A stretch of DNA of 64,000 nt from Batkoa obscura (GCA_030770535.1 JASVEC010000018.1:434001-498000), one strand, 5' to 3'; positions 26,448-39,845 are shown, counted from the first letter of the stretch. The notes: generated from the letters alone by a model not told the origin. A program made the numbers and translations.

Positions 26448-26940
26448 ATTATGGTTTTGAGACTTTGAAATTGTTTTAGGATGTAAGTTTTATTTTATTA
26501 ATTTATCAATTTGTGACTTGGTTTACATTAACACGTTAAAATTGTATATTTAAATTATCACATTAGTATTACCTTGTTTAAGTTAATAGTTCTATATATT
26601 AAGTTTCAAGAGATACTTAAATACGTGATAATGCGCAAAGCTTGTTTTTATAGCTTTTATTTAACAGTATATTAGTATCATGATTGAACTTTTCTTTAGA
26701 GACTTCATAAAATAGTATAATAAATGCTTATACTATCTTTTATATAAATTCATTAGTATGCAATTAAATATCAAATGGCTTCTAGGAACCAAAATCTCTA
26801 ACTTAAATCCGAGCTAAAAAGGATAAGACTCAAGTCTTATAAAATAGTTATAATAAACCTGTATAGTATATAAAGCGTTTTTCACACACATGAAAATTAA
26901 ATTTATATCACCTTATAAATTAAATCAATTTTTTATTAAC

Positions 26941-28486
26941 TTAATAAAATTTTTCTAATCCTGTATAGACTGCTTTGGTATTATTATTGCTTAAAATTCC
27001 ATCTTTAAACAACCCTTCTACCAACTGATTGGCATATAAAACACAATCATTAATAGCTACCCCATTATAAGATGCACCTAACAGAAATAATTTATTGGAA
27101 TATTTGGATGCTATTTTATCACTTAAGCTTTTCATTCTTAAATGGTGGTCAACCTGATACTGAGGAATACAATTATACTGTAAAGTAATGTTGTGCTGAT
27201 TTGGAGTATCAGTGATATTCAATTGATCCTTAATCACTTGCTTAGCTTTAGAAAATACAAGTTCCTTTGTAGGTTTATCTCCAAATCTATCCTTAAAGTT
27301 GGGTCCACCCATCATAAGGGTAATATTGGTTTTATTTTCCGAGAGGGAGGGAAAGGGGCAAGAATCATATACTACGCCTATAGCATCGCTATCTGGTACA
27401 CTCTTTGGTACAAGGTATCCAAACCCGTGGAATGGCATCACGTTATTTTTAAACAACATATTTACTACGGCTACATTGCTACTTGGATTATAAGTTAATT
27501 CACTCAAATCATTGTTTTTTAATAAACTATATAATTTATCGCTTGGTATGCAACTTATAATATGATCTGCTTTGATAATGTTATCATTCAGCTTTATCTT
27601 ACATTCTTGATCATTTATATTAATGTCGTTTATATTACTGTTATAAGCTATACTAAAACCTTTAAAATTATTTAACTCTCTTAATAATTTTATGGACAGC
27701 TGTTCAATACCACCATCAAAAGAATACATTGAACAAGATTTGTAAATATTAAATAATCTATCATCTTTCTCTTTTAATTGTAATAATTTATTATCTATCT
27801 CTGTTTGGCCTGAACTTACCATATCATTAAGAATACCCAATACAATAGAACCGTATTTCAACTCATAATCTTTCAGAATTTTAAAAGTATTCGTGATACT
27901 CAAATCTTTAGTATCCCCTGCATAGATGCCATGTACCATAGCTGAGATTAAGTTATTAGCAATGTCTTTGTTAAACCTACGTGTTATAAACTCTTCGATA
28001 CTTTCATCTTTCTCTACTTTTTTTTGAAATATTTCTTTAATCACTGCTGACATCAATCCTTTCAATAAAGGGGACTTATCCGTGAGCATACCCACAATAC
28101 TACTAGGTAACTGATGTAGCTTATTTTGATAGTAAATGAATCGATTTTTTGATGCTGGTTCTTTTTTATCAACTGGCAATATACTATCTGTTAACTGGAG
28201 TTGATGAACCTAAATAATGGAACTTTAACCGATGCTCAACTTTAAACATTATTCAATAAATCTTTACCAAGTTTAAAGTAGCTAGCCCAGGTAATCCTTG
28301 AGGCCTTAAAGAACGTGGACCACATTCAAATACTACTGAGTTGAATTTTTTTGACTCTAGCCAACCTCCAGCTCTATTTGATTTCTCTAATAATGTAATT
28401 ACTAAATCTTTGTTTTTTCTTAGCAGCTTATATGCTGTCGTTAATCCACTTATTCCCCCACCTAGCACGACTATTTTTTTACTCAT
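26941..28486 (-). CDS. HEM14: Protoporphyrinogen oxidase, 2 exons
   Basis: VVLGGGISGL FAD motif, FECGPRSLRP, GIYAGD, GFGYLVP, CIPQY, GVAINDCV. Confidence 0.95.
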
Positions 28487-28750
28487 TTTATTGATAAAAT
28501 GATAAATCGATCTTTTGTGAATTAAAAGTTGGTTTTATTGGTTGTATAAAATATTAGAGATGATCTAATGGGGGGGTATTTTGAACTCATTAACATTGTC
28601 TATATCATTTATGAAATTAAATTTTAAAGAGAAAATTATTTTTGAAAAAGGCAGTGCAATGCTATTGTTGAAAGGGGATTTTATTAAATTTTGTAATCAA
28701 ATTACAGATTAACCATTTCACTTAAGGCTTCATGTGTTTAAAAACTATGA

Positions 28751-28789
28751 ATTATACTATAGATTATACTATAGATTATACTACAGATT
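28751..28789. repeat. 12-bp tandem repeat (ATTATACTATAG) x ~3
   Basis: Read directly in the HEM14/ENT intergenic region. Confidence 0.8.
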
Positions 28790-29161
28790 TACATATGGGT
28801 AATGTCGTACTATCTCTATAGATTCTCATTTATAGCCATATGATTTTTTTTGATAATACTGTGATTTAACTAGAAATGTATATATTTTAATACATTACCA
28901 TTCAATTACTAAACAATTAATTTAACACTAACAACTTATCATTAATTTTACTGAAATAGTAATATTAGAATTTAGCCCTGGCCAATCAATTATTTAACTT
29001 AATAATTTGTGTTACAAATCTTCCCTGAATTAATCAAAGTAATCCAATTAAAATTCTAAAACATAGAATGAAAAAAAGAATAATATAATATAGCAGCTAC
29101 CATTAATAAGCGACAATCATTTTAAATTTTTCATTTTTATAACTTAACTACATATTTCAAA

Positions 29162-30748
29162 ATGAAGCAAGAAAAAATGGATGGCATAGATGTGGAGCTA
29201 GATAGTGTAAATTACAAAAAGAGCGATATAATATCAAAAGTTTCTCTCTACATCATCTTTTTCCTTCAGGGATTGGGCACCGTGTTACCCTGGAATGGTA
29301 TTTGGATTTTTAATTTCTAAAATCAAGCATACTTATTTTAATTTATAGTATTGATCACAGCCTCTGATTTTTTCAAATATATATACACTGGTTCCAATTA
29401 CAACAATAACTTTCAAAATTATTTTTCAGTCATCTTTATGGCAGTACAACTCATCTTTTTAGTTCCAGCGATCGTCACTCAAAGAAAAGTAAATCAATAC
29501 ATGAAATCTATCTAGTCAAACTCATTATTCATAAACTAGGGCTTTCTTTTCAATAGAATACTAATTAATCTCATCACAACTTCCGTTTTATTTGCTTTCC
29601 TATTAACCTTTCCATTTCTAAATTTAGGTCCAAACACAATGTTTGGTTTAACTATGATTCCATTAATCCTTTATGGTGTAGCAGGCGTATTCGCGATTAC
29701 GGATGTTTATGGTTTAGCTTCCATATTCCCACCAATTTATATACAAGGGGTTATGAGGTAATATATTGTTTTTAATAAAAGTTGAATTAATTTAGTCTTT
29801 TAGTGGCCAAGGTAGAACTTAAATATAATATTTGATTTAAAAACTTAACCATTTTTAGCTATTGGAGGGGTTGCAGTAGCTTTATTTCAATTAATTATTT
29901 CTTATACTGGGTTAAATAACCCAAATGTTAGCCCAGATTCCGTGATTGAAAGAGGAAAGGTTTATTTTGGAGTGGCTTTGACAATCTCAATTATAAATAT
30001 AATTTCATTGCTGCTATTGCCAAAGGTAAGTAACCAAATTAAAAGTAAAATATTACCTCATTTATTTATATATTAAAAACACTAGGTTTCTATATACCAA
30101 CATTACTACTTAAAAGGAAGCAATGAAGAAGGCACCATGGCTTTAAATAAAAGCAGCTTAAGAACAAAACTAAAAGCAATGTCAATTGCTTTTAAAAAAG
30201 TTTGGATATTAGCCATATCAGTGATGTTAGTGTTCTTAGTAACCTTATCCATATTTCCTTCAATAACAGCCGCTATCAAAACCTCACAACCGGATTCCAG
30301 TTTGGTTTATAAGTCCTTATTTGTATCCATTCATTTTGTAGTTTACAACGTAGGTGATTTAGTAGGTCGATTGATTTTAGGGGTAAATATATTACGACCT
30401 AAAAGAAGTTATATAATCTTATTATTAAGTTTATTAAGATTTATCTTCTTCTTTTTATTTTTAACAAACAATATCGATCTTGGGAACGAAGTGTTAAATT
30501 CAAAACTGTACCATTTATTTAATAATGACTCCCTTTATTTCTTTTTTATCTTTATATTCGCTGTATCTTCTGGTTATTTGGGATCGGGTTCTATGGTATT
30601 AGCACCTTCACTTGTAGAAGATCCAGAATTGATATCTCATGTTGGTAATGTTATGGCGTTCTCATTAACTATGGGCTTAGCACTTGGATCTTTCTTATCT
30701 TTTGGATTAAGGGCTACCATTTGCCAATGTAATTCATTTATGGAGTAG
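29162..30748 (+). CDS. Equilibrative nucleoside transporter (ENT/FUN26 family), multi-exon
   Basis: FFLQGLGTVLPWN-VLITASDFF, YIQGVMSGQAIGG, VTLSIFPSIT, YNVGDLVGR, SSGYLGS. Confidence 0.92.
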
Positions 30749-31171
30749 TAAGTTTTATTTCAGGAACAAAAGTTTGTTATATAAAATTATGGCTTGTGGC
30801 TTGTTTAATAAATCCTTCCAATTTTTGTTATGTAACGTAGTTCTTTTGTTTTATAGATCTCGAGACATCATATTTCATCAAAATATTTTGGATACATCGC
30901 TTAGTTACAAAATTATATACAATAGCAAATTGAGCTGTTTTTACTGTATATCTACGAACTTTACGCTTATCAAACCGATTTTTTTAATTACCTCAAATCA
31001 ATACTTTCTTGTACTATATTTTACCATTCCTATTTACTTATTTTTCTATACTTTATATATATGTGGTTATAAATATTATAAAATTAAGAGATAAATAAAA
31101 GATTAAACATCTAATTCTAAAGTTATAAGTAAAGTATTTATAAAAGCAAGACACTACACTTTAGATTTTTT

Positions 31172-31699
31172 TTATTTTTTAATCCATGAATCACTATGAA
31201 TACATAAATAGTCGTCATGTTTATCACTAAATATACTATCTTTAATAAATCCAAACTCCTCTTCTTGATCAAATCTCTTACTTCCGCCTTCTATTAATCA
31301 CAGTTTACCGAAATGACATTTAAATTGGATCTCATCAATTTCATCATTTTTATTTAGAAAATGAGCAATCACTTGTAACAATTGATTACTGGATGTTTCT
31401 TCTTTACCGATATAGATAACAATGTGTTTTCCACCTTTTGACTCCATATCTTTAATGTGTATTCTTTTATTTTGGCTAATAAATTTAGGATCGTTTACAT
31501 AATAAAGCAATACTTCTTCTTGATATATTGAATCACGAAACTTAATAGAATGCTCTATACCTGACTTTATTTTTTCCCGATCTTTAAGGTCCTATGAACA
31601 TATAAAGTAGCATTTATCAGAAAACATTACTAAACTATAAAATATATATTTCCAAAAATGAAATATTCCTTTTTTGTCAAATTTAATTCCTTGGAACAT
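31172..31699 (-). pseudogene. Small two-exon ORF interrupted by one in-frame TGA (31298-31300); probable pseudogene or truncated gene
   Basis: MFQGIKFDKKGIFHFWKYIFYSL, intron, DLKDREK..QFKCHFGKL*LIEGGSKRFDQEEEFGFIKDSIFSDKHDDYLCIHSDSWIKK*. Confidence 0.45.
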
Positions 31700-31811
31700 C
31701 AAACTTTGTATTTATATCAAATTTCAAAATTATATTTTAAATCTCTCAATAAAAAAAAATTAGGAATATGATTATTCCAAAAGGGCCCTCACAAACTATT
31801 AAACGCATAAA

Positions 31812-32453
31812 ATGCAGAATATTGAAACATTCAACAACAATAGCCTCTAAATCTCTAACACCGATTCATCAACTCAATGGAATCGATTTTCAAAAGGATG
31901 GTACTGGATAAATTGTTCTAACATGATAGCAATTATTAAGAGGTTGTAAACATTATTTTTTAAAAAAATTATAGACGATCGTCCATTTTATATTTGTTAT
32001 GACTTTTATAAGATCCAAAATTGATGTAGAAATGATAATTGGCTTCAATTTGTGAAATATTTAGAATCTTCTAATCTCATTTGGAGTACGCATTCTATCC
32101 ATGAGATATATAAACAAATTATAGTCGGTTTTACTAATAAGAAAAATAAAGAAGGATGTTAAATCAATCTCTTGGTTTTATATATCAAAGTACTAAAATT
32201 CCATTTAAACGAGTATTTAAAATATCAAATTAATTAAAGTTAATATCACTAGTTTACAGTATTGTTCCAATAAAGTATATCCTGGAATCAATAACTCTGA
32301 ACAAACAAAGGATTATTTTAATAATTTATAGCAGTCTATTGAGCCTCGTGTTTCTTGCTTCCCTCTTTATTATAAATTTGTATCTAATTATTATGATGAA
32401 GTAATGGCATACTATCGCTCTCCCAAGAAATACACCAATGCTAATTTTAATTA
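31812..32453 (+). pseudogene. Decayed coding sequence with scattered stop codons
   Basis: The frame from ATG 31812 reads protein-like for about 140 codons with only 4 stops (..QWNRFSKGWYWINCS..DDRPFYICYDFY..NWLQFVKYL..). It resumes in another frame (..IEPRVSCFPLYYKFVSNYYDEVMAYY). Confidence 0.4.
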
Positions 32454-33089
32454 ACTCTCTGGTAACCCATTGGTATTAGCTAAAAAATAATCTTATCATT
32501 AGGGAACTCCTATTTTATTTTGCAATTGGAGCGTTTCTTTGACTTCACTTCTTTCATTTTTTAAGCACTATTTGAGCAGGAAGATTGTTAATAAAAATTC
32601 TTAAGTATACCCCCAATTATCGTTATAAAAAAAGATATATTAGAGCAAATTGATTCCACTTATATAGGTGTCAAAGTCTTTTTATTAATGTTTCTATAAC
32701 ATAATAGATTTTATAAATTTTCCTATAAGTTAACAGTTGTAAATATTTTGTCTTTTTTTAAACAATAAGCTAATAATGTAAACATAGTCTTCATCTCTAA
32801 CATAGGATAAAAGAAAATTTTATAACTTTTAAAAACCTTTCCCATTAAAGTTTTATACCTTATTTCCTATAGACTATAATATCCCAAACAACATTAAATC
32901 TACTCCAGGCTATAAGCTCTTAAAATCCTTCTGGGTGGATTTCAAAAGGCATAATAGAGCTTTCTTTTTGCTCTCACTTGATTTTACATTATTAAACAAA
33001 GATACTTATAAAATTTCGATAAATAATTGAACTATAGCTTATAAAATTAAAATCAATAAATAATACAATACAATATTTATTTAAAAAAT

Positions 33090-36000
33090 TCAAAGTTTGA
33101 ATTTTAAAGTAACAATTTGGAATGGTTTAAATGAAAGTTTCAATGCTTTAGAATTATTTGGACCATTAATTGGAGTTAAAGCTTGTACATCATCTTCCAA
33201 GATATTCGAAAGGTAAGCTGCCGAAATTGGGAAATTAATATTAAGTATTGGATTACAATGAGCACCTGAAGATTCGTAAAAACGAACAATAACGGAGTTG
33301 TTATTATCTTCACTTACTTTGATTGTTTCTAAAATAACACTGTCAATGACATCTTCTTGACTTGGGTTAAGTTGGAACAATTGTGGACTATCAGCAACTG
33401 AAGCTTCTAATCCAATTGATTGTAATTTTAATGGAGAATTAAAAGCATGAGCTAGTTTTGGTACATTAGCATCAGCAAAAGAGCCGACATGAGGATATAG
33501 GCCAAATCTAAACTTATGATTACCAATATCACAGTTTGGATCAGGTGATTTTGGACTGCGTAATAAAGATAGTCTCATTGTTGAACCGTGAGTTGCAAAT
33601 CCATATTTACTATCATTAATAACTGATAATCCATAACCGGTCTCCTGTAATGTAGCAAATTTGTGCGAACATACTTCAAATTTGGCTAATTCCCAACTAG
33701 TATTAAAATTAGTTGGTCGACGTATAACACCAAATTGAGTTTCATAAATAGCATGGTCTGATCTTAAATTGGTATTAAATTCTACCTTTAAGAATTTACG
33801 ATTTTCATCCCAATCTACTTCATTTTCAATTTCTACCATTTTAGAAGTAGCATTTAATTTAATAATTTGTTTCATTTTAGAAGTCTCTGTTAAATTATAT
33901 TCAGCCAAAATAGAAACAACTAATGGACCTTGTTCATAAATAGTTACATTATGGGCTTTACAAATTTCAAATTTTTCTAAATGATAAACCTCAACATCCC
34001 AAGCATCCCAAAATAAAGGTACATCATCATAGATTTTAAAAATATTTCCAAATTTGCCTTCTTCCATTAATTCTCTATTACGTGAGCGATCGTATAAACT
34101 TACAATTCTACCTGTAGCATCAATAGTTACAGCAATATAATTGTTTCTTATTGAATACGCACCAGTATCTGGTGAAATGCTTAAATTGACTCCAGATTCA
34201 TTAATTTGCTCAAACGTATGTAAATTAGCATTAGATAATGATAAAGGTTTAGCTTCATTTACAATAGTATAACAATGTCTCATATCTTTTGATAATTGCA
34301 TACCTTGTTTAACTGAACTTAAATCACCAACTGGAATACTAATAACTTCTGAACGAGCCCATGAAGATGGATTAAATATTTTATATTCAGAAGTATTTGG
34401 AGTAATTGAATTATTAGATAAAATCTTATTAGCTTCACTAATAAGTTCATTTCCTTTCTTTTCAATTTCTTGATAAAATTTAATAGCATCATCATAAACC
34501 ATAGCAATCGAAGAACCAGGTAACACATCATGGAATTGGTTCAAACAAACCAGTTTCCAAAGATGAGTAATTCTATCTCTTGGATAAGTAGCATTTTTTT
34601 TAACCCTTGCTATTGTCCATAATAATTCTACATCTCTTAATAAAAATTCAGAAGACCTATTATATTTTTTAATAATAGCATGAGAAGTATAAGTACCACG
34701 ATGTAATTCTAAATAAAGTTCACCATCCCATTCAGGCAAATCATTAATTTCTTTCAATTGAGAAATTTCATCATAAAATTCTAAGGCACTTCCCATTTTC
34801 ACTTTAGGTAAGCCTTCAACATCTTTAACCCGATTTAATCTTTCAATCATTGAAGGTAATGGACCACCTCCACCATCCCCATTACCATATAAGAATAAAC
34901 CTTGATTAACAATCATTTTATCTTTGTTATTGGATTCAGAAAATAAAATTTCATCGACATTGCATTGAGCAGAATAAGTTTCACCAGGTGCCATATGAGC
35001 TAATACTCTAGTACCATCAATACCTTTCCAAAAGAAAGTAGTATGTGGGAATTTATCGATATTATTCCAACTTAACTTTTGAGTAAAAAAATAATCTAAT
35101 TTAGCTTCCTTAATAATTTGAGGTAATTGGGCAGAATAACCAAAAGTATCAGGTAACCAAAAGACTCTAGATCTTTTACCAAAATTTTGTTCATAAAATC
35201 GTTGACCTAACAAAAATTGACGACAAAAAGATTCTCCAGATGGCATATTACAATCCATTTCAACCCAAGTACCACCAATTGGTAAGAATTGCTTTTTGGC
35301 TGCTTTATCTTGTACTCTTTTAAATAAAGTTGGATAATATTGTTTTAGCCATTCAAATTGTTGAGCTTGTGAACAAACAAAAGTAAAGTCTGGGTTTTTA
35401 TCCATTAGTTGAATTTGAGTTGACCATGATCTAGCCACTTTACGTTTCGTTTCATCATAGGGCCAAAGCCAAGCTGTATCAATATGACAATGACCAACTG
35501 CAACTAAAGTATGGTTTTTAGGTGGCCCTTTATAACTTAAAAATTCTTTAGAGACTTCAAGACATTTTTTTAAGCTATTTTCAGTATTACCGCCCCTTTG
35601 ATATAAATTAACTATCTTATTGGCAACGTATAAGGCCCTTTCATTACGAGAGGATCTATCTGGAAGCTTCTTAGCCATATCTCTTATAATTTGAAAATCA
35701 TAAAACAGATCAAAAGCTAATTTATTAGGTGAAGCTAACTCGGCCATTCTTACCGGATACTCCCTTTCTTCTGGTGGTCCAATTAAGTAAGGACCAGTAC
35801 CAAATAATCCATTACAAGCTACTTCTAAATAAAATTCATATATTTCACCACCTTTACAGGATTCAGTTAACACATATTCAAGTCTTTGATTTCCGCCACC
35901 TTCGCCAGTTAAAGCTTGAATAGGTTCACCATCGATGGAATAAATTAATACTTCAGAATCTGAATTCCAGCGGAATTGAACTTCTAAATTAACCCATTCT

Positions 36001-36364
36001 CTTGGTACTTGAGCTCTTACTTTTACCCAATGAGTAGACTAAATAGTCAAAATACTAGTTAACAAAACAATAAAATAGGAATACTAAATTATCTTACCCA
36101 ACTTGGACGAAAAGTATACCAAACATCGATATCTTCAAATTTATTTTTAATGGCTTCCGAAAAGGGAATACGTTTTAGATCGGGCACAGCATAATGTTTT
36201 AATTGTATAAAGTTTCTACCAGATGCTTTTGCACGATACAAAGAGGGTATTAAACTTACATCAGTAAATTGATCCCCATCTTTTAGAAATAAATCCAAAC
36301 GTGATTTTGTGATTCCATAATGCTTTTGCATTTTCCCTATCCCAACTTCATTTTGAGTTCCCAT
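33090..36364 (-). CDS. AMS1: Alpha-mannosidase, GH38 (Ams1/MAN2C1 type), 2 exons
   Basis: GHCHIDTAWLWP, FWLPDTFGYS, GNGDGGGGP, ELYLELHRGTYT, NQFHDVLPGS. Intron ~36039-36096. Confidence 0.97.
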
Positions 36365-36466
36365 AGTTCAGGATTTTTGATTTTTTTATTTCATTGTTAA
36401 AGACTTAATGCCCCTTTTATACTTTTTTTGAATGGTTTCATTTATATTAACTAATTCAATTTGCCA

Positions 36467-36474
36467 TGACGTCA
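36467..36474. promoter_or_regulatory. Perfect CRE/ATF palindrome TGACGTCA upstream of AMS1
   Basis: About 100 nt upstream of the ATG and about 45 nt upstream of a minus-strand TATAAAA (36415-36421). Confidence 0.55.
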
Positions 36475-36570
36475 AACAAAAAGTAAATCAATTTTGATAA
36501 ATTTGTAGAAATTTCGGGCTAAATTAGAATGTCAAATTCAAAACTAACCTATTTCATTTAAAAATCGAAT

Positions 36571-36960
36571 TAATACTACTGTTTCAGTTTTAATGTAGAA
36601 TGGGCATTTTTATCTTTGTACTTATTGGACATAATATAGAAAAAGGACATAATTCACACTTAAATCAAAAAAGTAATAATTGGCATTACTTTTAGCAAAT
36701 GACTTGATATCTTAAACCTGACCCACTACATATTATCATCAGGTCTTTCCTTATATTATCCCTTAAAACTATTATATAGTTGTACTGTTGAAGTTTTTTA
36801 TTGGTTTATTTGATATACTGCTAAACAACTCTAAACGTATGACAGGAATTAGACTTTATCCTTTCTTAATACAAAAATAGAAAAAACCTTTATGATTAAA
36901 CTCAATAAATACGAAATTCAAGTGCCCATTTCTACATTTAGAATTATTTAATAGTATTTA
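36571..36960. mobile_element. Degenerate foldback/MITE-like element with ~60-bp imperfect terminal inverted repeats
   Basis: Left taatgtagaa-tgggcattt..gtacttattg. The reverse complement of the right end reads aaatgtagaaatgggcactt..gtatttattg. Confidence 0.55.
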
Positions 36961-37603
36961 TCTAAGTACTCAATGGTTTCTTCCTTATGAATGCTATATT
37001 AATGTGATTAAAAAGATAAATAAGTCAAAGTAAGTATAAAATCGATTCACTGAATAACTGTTGATTAAGAAAAAGATACACATGCTCAATGGATGTAAGA
37101 CGTTTGTATTTTAGCGCTTTCAAAGAGATTGGAATTGTATTTATATAAAAGAATTTTTATTTTTGTATAAAGGTTTTCTATGCTTTAGGAATGATTGAAG
37201 CTATCATAATTTGTAACATCGAAATAAAAAATAAAAAAATAAGGAGAATTTCAATATTTTTTTAACAATACTAGTTTACTACAGGTTTAATGAAAATATT
37301 AGCAGCCTAGTTAGATCATTAAAAGTCATCAATAGTGAAATAATGTTTCAAGATTTTTATAATTTAATATTAAAATAGTATTTACCCTTCATGATTTTGC
37401 CCTTTTCAACTAGGTTTTTTAGAATGTGAGAAGAATTTTTTCTTTTCAGTATAATAACTGCCCTTTTATAATAAGGATAATAAATTTTCATTTAAAGGAT
37501 AGTAAAATTCATAGTTATCATTATCATTTGTTTTGACATAAGCTGTAAACTCAGGTCTCCATTTAATCGATTTAATCTTGTTTCTATTTGCTATAAAAAC
37601 TCA

Positions 37604-37712
37604 ATATATGGGGATGTATTTTTGTATTTAAGAATTTTACTACAATCTTTCCACTCAAATAGCGCTTAAAAAATGGAAGAATAATGAAACTAAAAAAAAC
37701 AGCCCCATATAT
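37604..37712 (+). mobile_element. MITE family A, copy 1
   Basis: Ends ATATATGGGGATGT ... ACAGCCCCATATAT; internal core ccactcaaatagcgcttaaaa..ataatgaaac. Confidence 0.8.
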
Positions 37713-37864
37713 AAGAAACAGCCTCTACTGCCTTTGATAAACAATTATGATCTATATAATAGAGGTTTATAAAATGATGATATATTTTAATGCTATTATT
37801 TAAAAAATGTATGGTATCTTACTCCTTTAGTGTTATTATTAAAAAAAGGATAAATTAAATAATG

Positions 37865-37970
37865 ATGTGGGGATGTGTTTTTTTTGTTTAAGACTTTTAC
37901 TAGTAGTTTTTCCACTCAAATAGCGCTTAAAAGATAGAAAAGATAATGAAGCCAAAAAACATCCCCATAT
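37865..37970 (+). mobile_element. MITE family A, copy 2
   Basis: ATGTGGGGATGT ... ACATCCCCATAT, with the same internal core. Confidence 0.8.
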
Positions 37971-39644
37971 GTAAATTGTTAAAGGTTTTAAAACTAATAA
38001 AGGTAAACATCAATTTAATTACATGCTAATAACTTTATTTTTTTAAGTTTATTATAATAAACAAAAAAAACGCTACTTATTATAAAACAAATGTCGATTA
38101 TCAAACTAATTTTAATAAAATATACCAAAAAATTTAAAAAAATTATTACTACTGTACCCTATAATATCAAAGGGTCATTAAGTCATTACTCTAGTTTATA
38201 AAAAAAATTATAAAGTAATAGCAACTGAAAAATATAAGATATCATATGATTTTTGTACTTCTTGTTACACAATTCTTGTTCACTTTAATCGTTATTAATG
38301 ATAACTATGTGTTTGTTTTGTATTAAAATATTTCAATGCTGTTTAAAAAACTACATTTTAAATAAATTTTTATAATTTTTAAATTCTATTCTTTTTATTA
38401 AATCTTTATTAAAATTTATAATCATTAATCTATGGTAAGTAATATAATATCTGTTAAGTTAAATAGAAAGCTTATAAGCTTAATATAAGTGAGTTGCTAT
38501 CTGTGAAAGTAAAGATCTATTTGTTTGTAGTTTTATTATTATCAAACATAGAAACTATTAAGGTTATCATTATTCATGATCGAATTAATTAAACCATTAA
38601 ATTTTGATCTGGGGTTCAATAGTTATTTTTATAACAATTTAAGTTGTGTATCGATTATTTGATGCTTTATTCTCTGATCATATGTATGGTTTCTATGGTT
38701 TTATATATCATAGCTTTATATTAATTTATTTAGTTATAATATCGATCTTTAACCTCCATTATTTATTACCTCTTACTCCACTGTTTATACTCATTTTATA
38801 ATATTTGATTTAAAAATGCTAGTTTTATTTTTAGCACTTTGAAATCCTGTATAAACTTAATTACTATTATCTAAAGGAGAACTTAATTTAATATTGAGTT
38901 TGGTTTTTAATATGCTCATATACCAATATTTTTGAAAATAATACTAGGTTCTTGATTATATTATTTTTGTATATTTAAACCTACTCTGTATGTACTTCTT
39001 TTTAACGTTGCTGATTTCATTACTTTTGTGTAACTTTTGAAAAATTTTAATTCTTTTATTTGTTCAATTCATTTTTCTAACAAAAATATTGGGGTATTGA
39101 GTATATACTTTATTATATGAAATATTAATAGCCTAACTACAACATATTTTTGAAATATTTAATAAAAGAAATTGTAACTTGATATCAATTTATTGATAAA
39201 CAAAAGATAAATCTTGTTCATATATCCTATAACTTTAGTAATAAATCAAAATCTGTTGCTTATGATCTAATACTATTACAGTTATACAGGGACCTATTAT
39301 ATTAATTCCAAAGTCAAACACTAAAAGGGCTTAGAATTCATTAAGTGTAGAACTTTTTAACAAAAGAAGAATACAGAATATATATTTCTCAAAACAGTTT
39401 CAAGAATCGAATGTCGTTATCTATGTAACGCCACTCTGCATAAGTGAAAAACAAAAAAAAGCGATGACCATTAGGCTCAAGAAGTTTATTAAGTAAAGTA
39501 TAAAAAGCGAGGAGTTAGAAGTTTAAGATAGGGTTATTGTAATATAGAGGGGCAAAGCATGGCTTTGAAAAAAGTCTTAGGTATTAAATAGTCACATAGA
39601 TAAAGAAACAAAAATCAACATAGAAAATAGATAGAGCCATAGTA

Positions 39645-39845
39645 CTATTTGTTACTAATTTCAATCTTTTCTGCTTCTTCTGGATGTAACCCATTACGAC
39701 GACGGTAAGCAAATTCGGGTATCACCATGTCGGGTGATGGTGGTTCGATAGGTAACCCTACACTTGACCCAATGCTCAATCCCTCTATCCCTTTGTTCAC
39801 CATATCTAAGCTGTTCAATGACTCTTGGCTAGGTTGGCTACGCAT
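39645..39845 (-). CDS. 66-aa microprotein with PKA-pseudosubstrate-like (RRRNGLH) and NES-like (VNKGIEGLSI) motifs
   Basis: ATG-initiated ORF, markedly more GC-rich than its flanks, with several upstream CCAAT boxes. It is the only convincing ORF in a 7-kb gene-poor region. Confidence 0.65.
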   Translation of the reverse strand: MRSQPSQESLNSLDMVNKGIEGLSIGSSVGLPIEPPSPDMVIPEFAYRRRNGLHPEEAEKIEISNK

